From the human T2T-CHM13v2.0 reference genome, Homo sapiens, in NCBI RefSeq assembly GCF_009914755.1, contig NC_060926.1: a stretch of 64,000 bases of DNA; one strand, written 5' to 3'. Shown here piece after piece: positions 43,606 through 58,242 of the stretch. How positions within the stretch are numbered: position 1 is the stretch's first letter; each line of letters starts with the position of its first letter. The notes under the pieces are model-generated. The model searched no databases. It was not told the DNA's origin and saw only the letters and a program-made list of their open reading frames with translations. The position numbers and the translations under genes are program-made.

Positions 43606-44929
43606 TGCATTACTTTTTGTAATGTTTATTGCCGTGGAAAATCACTGACAACTTGAATCAGGTTGTATTTGTTACTATGAGACTCTTAAATTATCTGAAC
43701 CGTATGGTTGGAAACAATGATTTCTAGAACTAGCATCAGCTTTCAAGGTTTGTTGATGGAAGAGAGTACTTAAGCTAATAAATGTAACTTGTTAAATGAA
43801 ACGGGAAACATCAAAATGCAGCTAAGCATTAAGAAAATGAAAGAGAAAAGTTTCCCTAGGAGAGAAGAAATTAATGAAATGTGTATCTTAATGTATCCCT
43901 GAAGATGGTATTTCTGCAACATACTGAATTGAGGGTGAATTTACTAGTTTATGGAGCGGGGTGGGGCGGGGGGGGATCTGGTTCTTTTCTCCACTTGTGC
44001 TGTGCTGACTTGTTTCGTATGTGTTTTGGATACATGTGGTGATAGCAACCTGTTAGTCTCTGGTAAAACCCAGTCCAAAGATATGTGAAGCCTGGACACG
44101 TGAGGCTGAATAAGGATGTCCTAGAGCCATGAAATACATTAACATTGTTGGGCAGTTATGGCAACGGAAAAACAGTGTTAATATAGGGAGTAAGTAGGCA
44201 CTTTATAGGCAAAGAGGACATGCCTTTTCTGTATGCAACGAGCTTTGCAAATTCTAACTCCACCCTAATTATAACTGCCTTGTTCTCATGAAGTTCACTG
44301 TCAGCAACTGTTTATTCACCAGGTACAATATTATGCATAATACACTGGGCTGAGAACTGTGAGGGATACAATTTGGAAAGACAGGGCCCCTGGTCTTAAG
44401 ATGCCATTGAAAAGCACAGACTGTGTTCGGGAATCAGTAAGTCCAGTGTGTAGATGACAGCGTTAGTGGGGAAAAATGGAATACAGAGTTGAAAGGTGTA
44501 TTGGAGCCAGATTGTTAGGTTTTTGAATGCAAAATTTATATGTTAGGATGCTATTATTTGGAAAGTGGGGACTTACTCAATTTTTTTTAACATTAAAAGA
44601 AAATAATCAAATCTGTTTCTGGCTATTCACATTTTTTTGGTCCCATTGGTATCTTTTTTTAGATGGTACATTTTCAGTGAACAAAAACAGTATCTATTTC
44701 GCTTAATGTCCAGTGCAATGTCATAGATTATGTGTAATATTTAGGTTCACGTAAATAATGGCTGTTCTTAAAAATTCACATGTTCTTATTATGGAATGAT
44801 TAAAGGACCCTCATTTTTCTTAATATTTATTTAGCTAAACTATCATCCTCCTCACCAAGGAATAACAAGAAAGCTGGGCAACTGTGGCAAATTATTTGCC
44901 CAAGAGGATCACTTTTAAACCCTAGTGAA

Positions 44930-45275
<346 letters not shown>

Positions 45276-46559
45276 CTATAAACCAATACATTCTATATTT
45301 TATTGATACAGCATTTTTTCAATGTTTTGTCTACAGACAGATCCCAGGGGATTAACATATATTTAAATTACCTAACTTTCCAGTTGGACATAAACAATCT
45401 TATCCTTCTCTTTCATTGTCCTTTATATCTTCTGTGGGGTCTCCTGGGCTTGTGTAACTTGTCATAATGGACAGGATGTGAGGGATGCTACCACAGACAG
45501 ACACCATATTGTAAATCTGAAGAATGGACAGAGGAAAACTTGCAACAGAATTAGAGGAAAGAAGAAATGATGGTGACTATTGCAAAGCCTGGAATGGTTC
45601 CCTTGGGAATTTAAGGAGGGAAAACAAGAGTTTCTGTAGTTTCCAGAAATAGAACTGCCTGCCAGCTTCCTTCCATCCTCCCTCTTAGCCTAGCTGCAGG
45701 AGAAGAACAGGCAGGCACATGCAGGCTGATGACTTTCCTGCTTGTGACAGCTCCAGATTACAAATGTGCAGAACAAGATTACAGTGCCAGCATTCCCAGG
45801 CCCAGGGAGCAAAGGCAGGTGGGCCGGGATGAGGTGAAGGAATATTAAAATAAAATAAAATAAGTACGGGTGATAATGAAAAGAAGAGGAAGTGTGGGGT
45901 AGTATATATGGTGTTAAGATGCTAGGAGAAGACTGAGGGCATGAGACAGAAAGCCCTGTACTGCCTGGGCGTGTATCTGAGAGATATGTGGGTGTGTTTG
46001 CAGAGGAAGTTTTGGGGGCATGTGTGTGTGCAGAATGTGTGTTAGGGAGGGGTTTTATTGGTATAGGAGTGGGAGGGTGTGTACAGCAGGGTGTGGAGTG
46101 CAGGGGTGGAGGGAAAAAAAAAGCAGAGGGAGGGAGGACTTTTATGGAGTGCCAGGAACACCCATTTCACAAAGGAAAATTGCCAGCTGCCAGCAAGTCA
46201 AATCTCCTTTGTGGGAACGGATCAGCTCCCCACAGTGGATTCTGGCCTCTGATCTGACCCCAGGATGTTTGCCAGATATTTGACCCCTGAAGGGAGGGAC
46301 ACAGTTTCTGGATTTTTACCACACCCTGATGCGTGCTCTTTCCCAGGGACTGATGTGTTTGCTTATATATTATCATAGTGTTGGTCACAGGGCAGCATTG
46401 TTTGGCAGACAGTCTAGTGAATAGAACTGTAAGTTAGAAATAAATACTTTCCAGTCTTGGTTTGTGTGTGTGTGTCCTTTTTGATGGCCTTTGAAACCCT
46501 ACGATAGTACTTCTGTGCCTTGGTTCCCAATTTTTCTAGTAACAAGAAAGAAAACATCA

Positions 46560-46850
46560 GCTAGATAAGGAAATATAGTGTAGAATTAATAACTGCAATG
46601 AATACATAATTTTAAAGACACATGGGTGACAGATTTTAATCTAGTATGAGAAATAACTTCTACTAATTAGAATTGTTCAAAACTAGGAGAGGTTAGCATA
46701 AAATGTGATATGTGTCATATTATTCTCATATTCAAGTGGAGCGAAGATGACCAGTTGTAGGGTGTTTAGGGGGAATTCCAGCAGCAAATAACAGTATACT
46801 TAAGATGCCCGAAGAATTATGCAAAAACTCTGAGATGTTATGATTCTAGG
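46560..46850 (+). mobile_element. L3/CR1 3' fragment
   Basis: gagaaataacttctactaattagaattgttcaaaa...aactctgagatgttatgattcta resembles the CR1 3' end. Confidence 0.5.
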
Positions 46851-47354
46851 ACTATAGTGTGCTTAAGTAATACAGAATTATCTTGAATATTTAAGTGTTA
46901 TAAATATGAAATAATCAATACACAAAATGACCAAGGAACAAAATGTCCACTGCATGATTAGCACCTTTATTGGGCAACCAAGATGTATGGCATATAAATG
47001 CAGAAATAACTTGGGGCCCAAGTCTTCCACAGTAACCCCAAAACAAACTAAATATAGAGAAAGAAGGCTATGTTGTGTAGCAGGGAAAAGTATTCAATAA
47101 AAACAGGCTGAAACTCTTATCAGTCGTTCCTGAATAGCCTCTATCTATTTCTATGAGAGATCCAGTCCAACTTAGTGGAGTACTGAAAGAATGCTAGAAG
47201 TGTTTTCTTCAGTGATTAAAAACTTTCAGATGTTTGTTGACCACCCAGTTCAGACATATCCCAGGTCTCCGTTTGAGAGATGGTAGAGGAGTCCTCAGAA
47301 CTTCCTTAGCTTTCCAAAGGCTGTTAAGACTTCTCAACAGTCTTGTTGAGTCTT

Positions 47355-47508
47355 AGTGTTCTCATTCAGTCTAATGTACTTTGAATCACGTGGGGATCTA
47401 TTAAAAAGTGATTCTGATTCAGTAGGCCTGGGGCGAGGCCTAAGATTCTGCACTTCTAAGAGAGGCTGATGATGCGTGTCCACAGGCCACTCACAGAAGC
47501 AAGGCTGT
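47355..47508. mobile_element. MER5A MITE
   Basis: gaatcacgtggggatctattaaaa...gattctgattcagtaggcctggggcgaggcctaagattctgcacttctaa. Confidence 0.75.
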
Positions 47509-49127
47509 AGGTGAAAGCAGATAGGAAACTCTAGGTACCCTGGGCAAGGGCAGACAATGCATCAAGGGAATGAGATCAATACTACCCCATCCACAGAATC
47601 ACAAAATTAAGAGTATAAAAGGAGAGAAGCCTTGTGATGCCATCTAAAAACCATCATTTGGCTCTTTAGTGGCGAATATAAGAGTTCTGTGTGGGCTGGA
47701 CTGGAGTCTCCTTAGGGTGGTGATAATATGGTCTGTTAGGGTAAATGTCAGGGACTTCTTGGAAATTCCAGGTTCTGCTGTCAAGTAGATAAAGTTTGTT
47801 TTGGTCCCGTCTTCCCTGCTGATCTCACACTTCTTAAAACATGACTTTTCCTAAGAGGAAACTGTAATCTTTTCTTTAGGACAGACCTCAACAAATTGCC
47901 TTAATTTCCTCTACAGAATCAGATGGGAAGGAATTTAAGGTGTGGCCTTTCCCATGGAAGTCTTTAAGACTCCAAATTTTCAAGACACTACAGGATAAAG
48001 CTCTATCAGCAAAATGCCAAACTGTGACAGGTAGAAAAATATTGTGATGGGCGGGTTTGCTTAAATAGCTTTCTGATTCCTCCACAGACTGACATTACCC
48101 AGGATAACAGGAGTGGGGAGAAGTGTCAGTGTTGGGAAGGATTGTAAGAAGGGTCTCCATCTCATTCTAACTGATTAGAATTGAGAAGGTTGCAGGATTA
48201 AAATATTGGTGCAAAGGAAAGACATTTGAGGACATGGAGTAGCTAAGGTTGTTAACCATTCTCCAAACGCTTATTTATTTTACTTCAATGAATCAGAAAT
48301 AATTGGATTCCACCCTGTTTCTCTTCTCAGAACAGATAGTAACTAATGTTGTACCATATATTTTAAACTATACTAAGAATATAAGAATTACTTGCTTCAA
48401 CCATCCACAACTTAGCTCACCAGCAGTGTTGTCCATCTGGAACATAACTAAAAACCAGGAATTATGCAAAAAGTTCCCTGAGTAGGCAAAATAGATGTCA
48501 TTTTAAATTCATGCACTAAAGCTCATAAGAGCTCAAGGTTTTAGTATTTATATAATCAACATTTCCCACTTAATGGCAGTAATCCATTACTGAAAATCAG
48601 ATGTTCTACATTTTAAAAGCTGACCAGAAACTATTTCCCATTATTTGGAATGGAAAAAAATATAATGTGTTACACATCAGCTTTAAACCAACAAATTTCT
48701 TAAAAAGTAACTAAAACACAGAAAAGTGTGTATATGTAAGTAACGAACTACCATATTATTATGTAAAATGATCAAACCATGTTTGCTGATCATCTAAGGA
48801 TTGATACAGTTAATAGCTACTTTATATGCTGTGATGTCTCTGTTAGTACCAGTGACAGAAAAACTTACCTTAGTTTATAATGTACACTTTTTAAAGTGCG
48901 TGCACATGATTCTGACATTCTACAAATTATATTTCTTTTCTTATGTATTGCTTTGTTAAAAATGTTCTATTGAGTTATAAATATGCAAATATACATTTTT
49001 TCCTATAAAAACATAGCCAAAAAATGATATGTTGAGAGATATATATGTTCTATGAAGTTGGGTATTAAAAACCAATAAATATTCTATGGGAAAAATGTTA
49101 ACTGGGGAGATATTTGCAGTACATGTC

Positions 49128-49338
49128 TAGTGCCGTGCTGGAGCCCATTTATATTGGTTCCCAAGAGATGACTGTTAAAGTTTTAGGAATTTTGCAATTC
49201 CTAAAAAGTCATATTGGTAACTTGAAATTGGCCATGATGGGAGTATTTACACCACAAAAATAGGCAAATGCTATAAATCGGGGATTCCCTCCAACTCCAT
49301 GAAAGCTGGTAGTGCGGCATTTACCAGCATTCCACTGA
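49128..49338 (+). mobile_element. MER63A-like hAT-Blackjack MITE
   Basis: TIRs tagtgccgtgctgg ... ccagcattccactg; core ttgaaattggccatgatgggagtatttacaccac. Confidence 0.78.
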
Positions 49339-49388
49339 GTGTTCCTATACTTTATCAAATGTAAGAGGTCATAGGTTGCTGGATGGAC

Positions 49389-49760
49389 TGTATCATAGTA
49401 AGGATATGCTAGAGGTGTGTTATAATAAAAAATAACCTCCAAACACCAGTGGCTTACACAACAAAAGTTTATTTTATGCTGCAATGAGAGTCAATTGAGG
49501 CCTCTGTTCTACTTAGTCACTCGGGAACCATAAGCTGATAGAGGCTCCATTATCTCTATAAGAGGCTTCAGGGTTTACTGTGGTGTGAGCAAAGACATCT
49601 GGAATCAAGAGCTAGTTTTTCTATGCTTTGACCCACAAATAACATAATTCATTTTCCACCTGTATCCCTCTGGCCAGAACTCATCACATAGCTCAGCCTA
49701 CCTATAAGAGCGCCGGGACACATGAGGGAACAGATGGAATATTGGGAGACCACTGATACT
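49389..49760 (-). mobile_element. Old MLT1 (J-like) LTR
   Basis: cagtggcttacacaacaaaagtttattt...tggccagaactcatcacatagctcagcctac. Confidence 0.6.
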
Positions 49761-50359
49761 CCTTTTACATATACACCATTATTTTATATGCCTCTAAGGA
49801 ATAAAAACCCACTATCAATTAAACTATGATGTAAGGCTTTCTTAGAATTAGATATTTGGACATAGACCTTAAAAAAATCATTTATCTCTTTTTTGCATAC
49901 CAAAGAAGGTAAATTAATCAAAATAAATTAGTTGAAGTGTTCTTTAAAACTTCTGCACATTTGAAGAAGGTTGGCTTCTGATTCAGAGTTGCTGGTATGT
50001 GCTTTTCTACAGAGCATCAGACTCTGTACGAGCAAGAGCAGGGGTGAGGAAGCATTTCTTAAAAGAGTGCTCTGTGATAGTCTTTAAGACTTTTGTCTAA
50101 ACCATGGTCACACAGTATGCAAGTTTTAATTCTGGAGCTTTATCGATCATATGAAGATGTTCGTGGAGGTTTTCTAACAATAACAGATCCTCACTTTTTC
50201 CTCAATTGGCCTCAGAAGTTCCATTGTTTACAGATTTGCAGCTGTCTGGTCAGGCCCTGACACTAACAGCCAAGTCACTACGTTTTCAGCAAGCTTGTTA
50301 TTTAATGGACCAAGTTCTCATATAACTAAGAGGCAACTATCTCATGAATGCTGCTTGGC

Positions 50360-50462
50360 TAGATGTGATTGTGAGAAGTCATAGATTATAAGACCTATCC
50401 TGAAGTCAGAGATGTTGAAATGTAAAAATAGAGTGTGTTTTGGAATCTATTAAATGTCATAC
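50360..50462. mobile_element. MER104/Kanga-like TcMar-Tc2 terminal fragment
   Basis: gattataagacctatcctgaagtcagagatgttgaaatgtaaaaatagagtgtgttttggaatctattaaat. Confidence 0.5.
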
Positions 50463-51844
50463 TTACCTAAGAGGAGCTTGAACTGAAATGCAGCCTTAAC
50501 GATTTTTAAAAACTTGATGGGCAGAAGGAGAGAGGGCAACCTCTGTGATTTGAAAGTCATAGGTCTTTTTTTTTTTTTTTAATCCCTAGAGATGACAGCT
50601 GGCAATCACTTTTAGGGAAGATTGTTCTTTCATTTTGAGAAAACAATCAGAATGAGTCATTTAGGTATTCAAACATAAATGAAGGCCTTGTTCTGAATTG
50701 GTGATTTTCAGCCAGGGTGACTCTGAGTGGCTAACATCTGTATTTTAACTCAACAGATTTTAAACGCCTGTTTTGTAATCTACAGGAATGTATCTCTGCA
50801 TGTTGCGTCTTCCTTAGATAAATACTGATTGTCTTCAAAGTGTAAATTTGGATTATACTGGGACTTAAAGTATCACATATTCATTTGGAGATTTGTGTAT
50901 ATTCTTACTTAGAAGCAAAATCTGGCGATTTCATGTAGGATGTGCAGGCAAGATTTGCATCTCCTGCTATCAGACAGACCACACAGAAGAGCAGAACTGG
51001 ACTTGGTAGAGCTCAACCAGGCCTGGACTGTCAATGTCTGAGAGCCACATCAGGTTGAATCATCTACAGTGTATTGATGTTGGACTGTTGTGTTTTCACG
51101 CATTGTCCTAATGGGTGCCATGGGACATGTTCATGGTTTTACTGGTCTTGTAATTTTAGGAAAAGTACTAAGATGCTGGTGCCAATAAATGATAAGTGAA
51201 GAAGTAGGCCATTCCCTCTTTGGCGCCTGGCCATGGATCTGTGCTTGGAGTTATGGATATCTTTGGCCTGCTTCCAAGTTTGGGTTGATAGGGATGGGAA
51301 CTAAACAGGCATATCCCTATTGAGGACTGAGAGTGGGTTCCAGCCTCTCTGGGTTCAGGAGTAAGCTAGCAGTAGTAGTACAAAAATGTGCTTCCCCTCT
51401 GTTATTCCCCAGCCTTCAGTTAAACTTGTTAAAAGTGCAACTTTGTCTCTGGGGGCTAGAATGAAGTAAGCGAAGGTCTGTTTCACACTGAGATGACATG
51501 ACAAAGTGGAAAGTAGAATGCTTTCCTCTGAGGTCAAAGAGGTAGGGTGGCAAATTAAGAGTGAAAGGTTTTTTTCTGCAATCACATTCACAATAGGGAA
51601 TATGGAAGCCTGAAGAACATGGAAGACCAAAAATTTTCTTTGAAGCAAGCATAAACACTGAAAGAAATCAAAGGAAAAATCCACCATAGCTCCCTGGAAC
51701 CAGGTCATGGTCAAATAGTGCCGCAAATCTCAGCTGATGTCCTGGGTCCTAAGAAATCACTTTCTCCTAAGAAATCATACTCAGTACAATTATGGGTGTT
51801 CATCATGATAGCTCCAAGTCCTCAAGAAAATGTTAAGTTTGTCA

Positions 51845-52290
<446 letters not shown>

Positions 52291-52709
52291 ACATAATGTA
52301 CTAGCTTAACTTCCAGTCAGTTGGAAAGCTTGGTTACTGTAGATGTTGATATCCCTGAGAAACCTGGATAACCAGAGATTTGCTGTGTTCAGTCCATGGC
52401 ACAGGCACTGCAGGACATTTTAAAGACAAACATGGTATTTTCCCTGAAAGCATTTGGAAACGTTCCCTGTGTGTTTCTAACAATGCTCTAGCAGCTCATA
52501 TGAATCTAACAAGGATGAATTTATCTAAATCTTTCTTTATCCTATTTATATTTGTGGACTATGCAACATCTTGAGGATAATGAGTTCCATATGTTTACTA
52601 CCCACTGTATAAAGTAATGCCATCTTTTATTTATCTTTAAACTACTTACATAGAATTTCAATGGGTGCCCCTGAATTTTAGCATTCCAGGATTTGAATAT
52701 GTTCTCACT

Positions 52710-52955
52710 TTAGGGCTGCCTCTAGCCCATACAGGCCTCTATGCAGATAAGAAACAGCACCCACTCTGGGTGCTTAATTTAGAATGGGTGCTCCCTCTTT
52801 CGGACAGATACAGCCTTATGCCAGATGCATGGCTCAGTGAGAGGAGCATGGGCTAGATTTCAACCCCAGTCTAGTCCCCCACCCCCATGTCATGCCCTTG
52901 GCTAGGTGCCCTTGCAAAGTACAACTGGTACAGCCATATACAGCAGCCAGGCCTC
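52710..52955. mobile_element. Old hAT-Tip100-like MITE inside a degraded ancient LINE fragment
   Basis: Begins tagggctgcc and ends gtacaactggtacagccatatacagcagcc; the flanks look like ancient antisense LINE sequence. Confidence 0.4.
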
Positions 52956-54441
52956 ACCATAGAGGTCCTACAAAGAGTATAGAGTTTTGGTCATATCCTC
53001 TCTCAGGTATCATCTCCCTAAAGGATCATAGTCTTTCTGTTGATTCCTAATTTCGATCCTATTGATCCTTCTCTGCCTTCCTCGAGATATGGGGCTCAGG
53101 CTGAGGAGCAGTCCAGGCACTCTGCATTCTCCTTGGGACCCTCTGGATCCAGCGACAGTCATCAGGCTGTTGGGCTCTAGGGCAGTTACAAAACAGGGGC
53201 CAGAGGAACCAGTCAATAATGGATTCCATTTGTAGAGCTTCAAACAAATAACCCAGAGAGGATCATCTTATAATCATAGCTTAGGTTAATGTCCCCTAGA
53301 CACACCGTTTGCTTATTGCCCACACAGAGAGTTGTTGGAAACTTTTCTATCCCTTGTCTAAGCTTGGTGAGGTTTTTCTTCATTTTCTCTCCATCAGTTC
53401 AGAACTGTACCAACTGCCACCTATCAGAATTCGTTCTGTATTCCCCTTTCAAAAACATATTCAATGCCTAAATCATACAATAACTAGCAATAATATAAGG
53501 ACAATACAACTTTTAAAAAATACTGAAGATCATGATTTTTTTAATAAAGTCTAACCCTATTCTTTTTAGATTCACTCACCCAGCACAGTGTCTGACACGT
53601 GATTGATACTCAATGATGAATGAATGGCTAAGTACCCCCGAAGTCAGTTTCGTTTTGGTTTTGTTTTTTGTTTATATATAAACAGTCTGTTGTAAACATT
53701 TGCAAGACCTGCATTCTCCTTGTTCTCTCAGTGATCACTGGAACTTGAGTGATACATGGATCATGTATTAGATCCTTTTAGCATGTTGAGTATAGCACTT
53801 AGTCATCTAGTGAAATTTAATGTGATTGTCTAACATTCTTTCATCTCAGATCTTTGTCCCCATATTTAAAATACATCAAGTATTTCTAAAACAAAACTTT
53901 CAGTTTTGGTTATATCAGTAGATAAAATGTTTACATATTTTTCTTCCTTCTACTATAGTAGAGATTTTCGGGGAGAGAAACATTCAATACCAACCCCAAC
54001 TAAGAGGTTTTTATCCTAAGCACCATCTCTTCAATGAAGAATTCTGTTACTTCAAATTGTTTAGTTAAAAATGTTTTAAAATTTTATTAGAAAAAATTTT
54101 AAACACATAAAAATAGAGTTAAAAATAGTAAAAGGAACTAACAGATACCTATCATCCTGATTCAACAATTATCAATAGCGCTTGAATTTAATCTATTTAA
54201 AAAATATATGCCTTGACTTCTATTGTCCCTCCTGAGGTAGAAATTTTCGGGTTCTTTCTCCTCTTGTGAGAATTTTCATTTTCATCTCTTGTGGAAGGTT
54301 GAAAATTTATTTATGTAATCACATAAGTTCCCACCACTTCCATGTACATCGTACACACAATGATATGAGATGCTAATTCAATTCCCAGTCACCGGCTGTT
54401 CAAGTGCCACTCCCACATTGCTGCTAGATAATTCTCTGTCC

Positions 54442-57400
54442 TGATCGAGACACTTTTCTGTGGATCTCTCACATTTTTGCACACCCTGTGAGCAAAGCAC
54501 CAACTTGCTCTTTCTTCCTGTAAAAGGATGTTTGTATAGTGAAGAGCCTTGAAAGCTGGAGCTAGTGTCTCTCTCTGGAGCAAAGGGCAGGCGTACTTAC
54601 TGACCATTATAAAAGATTCAGTTTCCCTAAGCTCAGGTTCTCCTCCTGTAACCCGAGCTGCTGCAAGGGATGATGTCACCTGACCCTCTGTGCCACCTGT
54701 TGGAATTGGGACTTGAGGAACAAAGGCAAAAACACGGATACTCTGGCTATTGCTATTGATGTGAGTAATAAGCCATTCTTCATCGCTGATCTTGGAATCT
54801 TGGGTTTTCCATGAAACTATGGCAGGCTAATTTCTTGGTCTGCAAGTAGGGCAAAGGTCAGACTCTTCACAGTTCTTCACAGTTTGGTAATGATGGTGAG
54901 ATGCTGACAAAGACATGGCTTTCTGGAAGAGGAAAGATGAGTAGTCCACAAGCCTATTAATAGGATTTGGGGACGTTCATAGGACTTAGTAGTGAATTGA
55001 CCAAATTGTATGGCCAGCTGGGGAATAAATTGTCCTCTACTTTACTGCTATTGCTAGTGAGAAGGAATTGAGAAGGTAATTGTAGGAACTGCAGGTTGAG
55101 TATCAGGAAGTAGGCTCCGAAATAGTTGTTCAAATAGTGCGCTGCTTGTTGCTAACTTTGCTCTGGGTGAGGGAACTTCCTCACCAGCCGAGGGGTCAAC
55201 CTCAAATTTCTCCCACTGTAACAGCCAGCACTAAGATTCCTCTCTTTCAGACAAGTTAGAGACACACATCTACACTGAGCATGAAAGGAGGAAAATCTAC
55301 CTACCAGTGTGGGCAAAACCCAGACAAATCATTGGAACTTTGGCTGGTTAGCTTAGCAGATGAGGCTTTGGGTAAGTAAAGCTTATTAAGAAAAAATGGC
55401 AAAAGTTGGGCTTTTTTATAGCTCAAAACCTCCTGTAATCTCTAACGCAGATCTTAAATCCAGTTGGAGATGGCAGTAGAAAGTCTCAGACATTTTTGCA
55501 GTGGGACCTGGTGGCTAAAAGGGAACTTTGGCCTATTTTGGAAGATTTTCCTGAAAAAGAAAAACTCCTGTGGGGAACCAGAGATGAGGCATTGACTAGG
55601 ATCCAGGCTTTCAATGGCCTAGATTATAAAATGTTGGTGGATGATAATGAGAAAATAATCTCTCAATCTTTCTGTCTCTTTCTCTTTCTTCCCCTGACCT
55701 AAGCTAGGTTAAGGAAAAATGATTAGAGATGGGGCCAAGGTCTTCCTGTCCTCAAGGGGAATGAAAGACCATACACATTCATCCCAGTATGGCGGGGAAT
55801 CTTGGAGAGAGAATCAAACTTTTATGACTCTGTTGAATACAGAACCTACCTAGACCTGTGGGAGGAAAAGGCATGCAAATTCAGTTAGTGGGGTTAGGCA
55901 GGGTTCATAGTGGGGAAAGAAAGCTAGCCTGACCTTGTGGATGGGGTCCTTTGGGCCAATTCAATGTGCTGTTACTGCTGCTTCCACATCACAATGTAAG
56001 TAGGAATTGATGCTTGTACTTGCCTGTCCCATAACTGCCAGAAAAGAGATTATCCTAATTGAGAAGAGCTGTCCAAAGCCCTCATTATATAGATGACAGC
56101 TTGTTGATTGGCAAGTCAGAAGCCTCAGTTTAGTCACCCTTATCAGAGGTGGCTGATAAACTCTGACAAAATTCACGGGCCTGTTGACCAAGAAAAGTTT
56201 CTCAGTACTATGTGGTTGGATACATATCACTCAATTTCTTTCGTAGTCAAGGAAAAACTGCTCTCTTTTGATCCCTACTACCAAGTATTAGAGACAGTAT
56301 GTACCTCACTAGAGAATTCTATTTGAATATCTTTATATGGGCTAACTTTCAAATCAGCATCTTCTGAGTGGGACCCAAATGAATAAGCTGCATTGGAAGC
56401 TATCCTGCAAGTTATAACACACTCTGTACTTTGGGGCCCCATCACCCTAATGACCCTTCTGGACTACAAGTCTCTCTGACTGATGATTTTGTTGACTGGA
56501 GCCTCTAGCAAAAGGAGGTCATTTCTACCCAGAGATTCCCCCTTGAGGTTTTAGACTCATCACCTCCCTGATGCAGCTACCAGGAATGCCCCTTTTGAAA
56601 AAGTGGCTATTAGCTTGCTATGTGCTCTTGTCAACACTGAGTGCCTGACCCTTGGAAGCCTTGTGCCTTTCTGACGTGATATTCCTATTTTGGGGTGAGT
56701 CTTTTGGATTCAATGACTGACAAGTGGGGAAGGACCCAATAAGCTTCACTAGTCAAATGTGATGAAAATGTCACATTTAAGAACACAACCAGCATGACTT
56801 CAGTAGCATCTAGGCTTTACCAGTAAGATTGGTACCTATTGCTTTGGGGGAATACTCTATCCACACTGCCAACTGAAGCAATGTCACTGGTTCTACAAGG
56901 TCTTCAATTCACAGCAGTTTCCCTAGAATCCTGGGCCTGGTTGGTTCAATTAAGCCAAAACCTGGTGGTATTCACTGGGCTGCTGTGGCTGTTCAACCTC
57001 AGTGTCAGCAACACAAAACCAAAAATGAAGGAGGTTGCTCCACTCCATGGACAGAACTCAAGCTGTTCTCATGGCTCTGGCCAATGCTATCCTTGAAGAA
57101 CCCTGTTATATTTTTTACTGATTCGAGCCATTGCCAATGGCCCACCTGTTTGGTCTGCCACTTAGAAACTAAAGACTGGCCAATTCAAATACCCCTATTT
57201 AGGGCTGCAAACTGTGGAGATAAATTGTGGCTGCTGAAGGAATTGTCTGGATGAAGCCTATGACAAGAATCCAGTCTCTGATAGAGTACCAGGACTCAGG
57301 TTGCTGATTAAGCCTGTTCTGCCCAGATTGCCATCATTGCTGCCTGGGTCCATCACCATAATGGACAAGGAAACACATCCATGGTCACAGACTGGGCACA

Positions 57401-58242
57401 AAGTAAAGGTCTCTATGCTCCTGATGCAGATGCTATGACTGCATGCCAGACTTGGAACTTCTGCCAAAAGTTGCAACAAAGGGAGGACACATCACATTGG
57501 GCATTGACCCACCTGCAATGGCAGATTGACATTTGACTTTTGATTCCCTCTCACGACAGTCCATGGGACCTCACTGCTGTGGACTCTTTTCCAGATTATG
57601 GTGTTTTTGTTCCAGTTGATCATCCAATTCTGGCCACACCATTATGGCATTTGAAACTAATCCATGCCATGTTTTGGGCTGTCTAAATGATCTGAAGTCT
57701 GACACTAGTGTGCCTTTTATCACAAAAGTCATTCAACAGTGTGCTGATGTTGAAGTTATTTGATGAACCTTCCATGCTCGTCAACTGAGCCATCTGTGGG
57801 CATCTGGTATTGTGGAACATTGGAATGGTCTCCTCATTAACATCTCCTATTCTTCTTCCCTCACCTTCTCCTGATCAACACACCTTAGTAAGACAATTGA
57901 TCATTCAATGCCAGTCTTACTGGGAAGGGATCATTTACTCTCAGTTGCTTCCTGAGTAATGATTAGGAGCAAAGAGGTGAGAGTTATATAGACTTATTTT
58001 AAAAATTCAGGACTCTGCCCAAATATTCCTGGGCATGATGTTTTTATTTTTCTCCTAATGGCAACTCCAAGCCAGTCTGGTTGGTTCATCTGCTAACTGT
58101 TGTGAGTAATAAAGCCTTTTGTCTTAACCAGATTCTTATTCTTATTTCCTTATTTCTTCTACCAGAATTCATAAAACTATGGCAGGCTAACTTGTTAGCT
58201 TGCAAGTAGGGTAAAATATCAGATCTTCATAGTTCTTGGCTA
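54442..58242 (+). mobile_element. Ancient ERVL-class provirus: 5' LTR40-type LTR (54442-54881), degenerate internal gag/pol, partial 3' LTR (~58095-58242)
   Basis: The LTR matches the recalled LTR40 (ggagcaaagggcagg...attataaaagattc...catgaaactatggcaggctaa...gcaagtaggg...cttcacagttcttcaca), and its 3' part recurs at 58095-58242. A TGG-starting PBS-like sequence lies at ~54885. Pol remnants: HYIDD at 56083-56097, WLINSDKIHGP..EKFL, LPDAATR..PFEK, integrase WVHHHNG...C..CQK, WQID, TAVDSF and ASGIVEHWNGLL. Confidence 0.88.

Noticed and set aside
47860-50800. Acceptor-like motifs (tcttttctttag at ~47879, ttgtaatctacag at ~50785) as lncRNA or coding exons
   Set aside because: Such motifs are frequent by chance in AT-rich DNA. 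No ORF or matching donor can be supported without transcript data.
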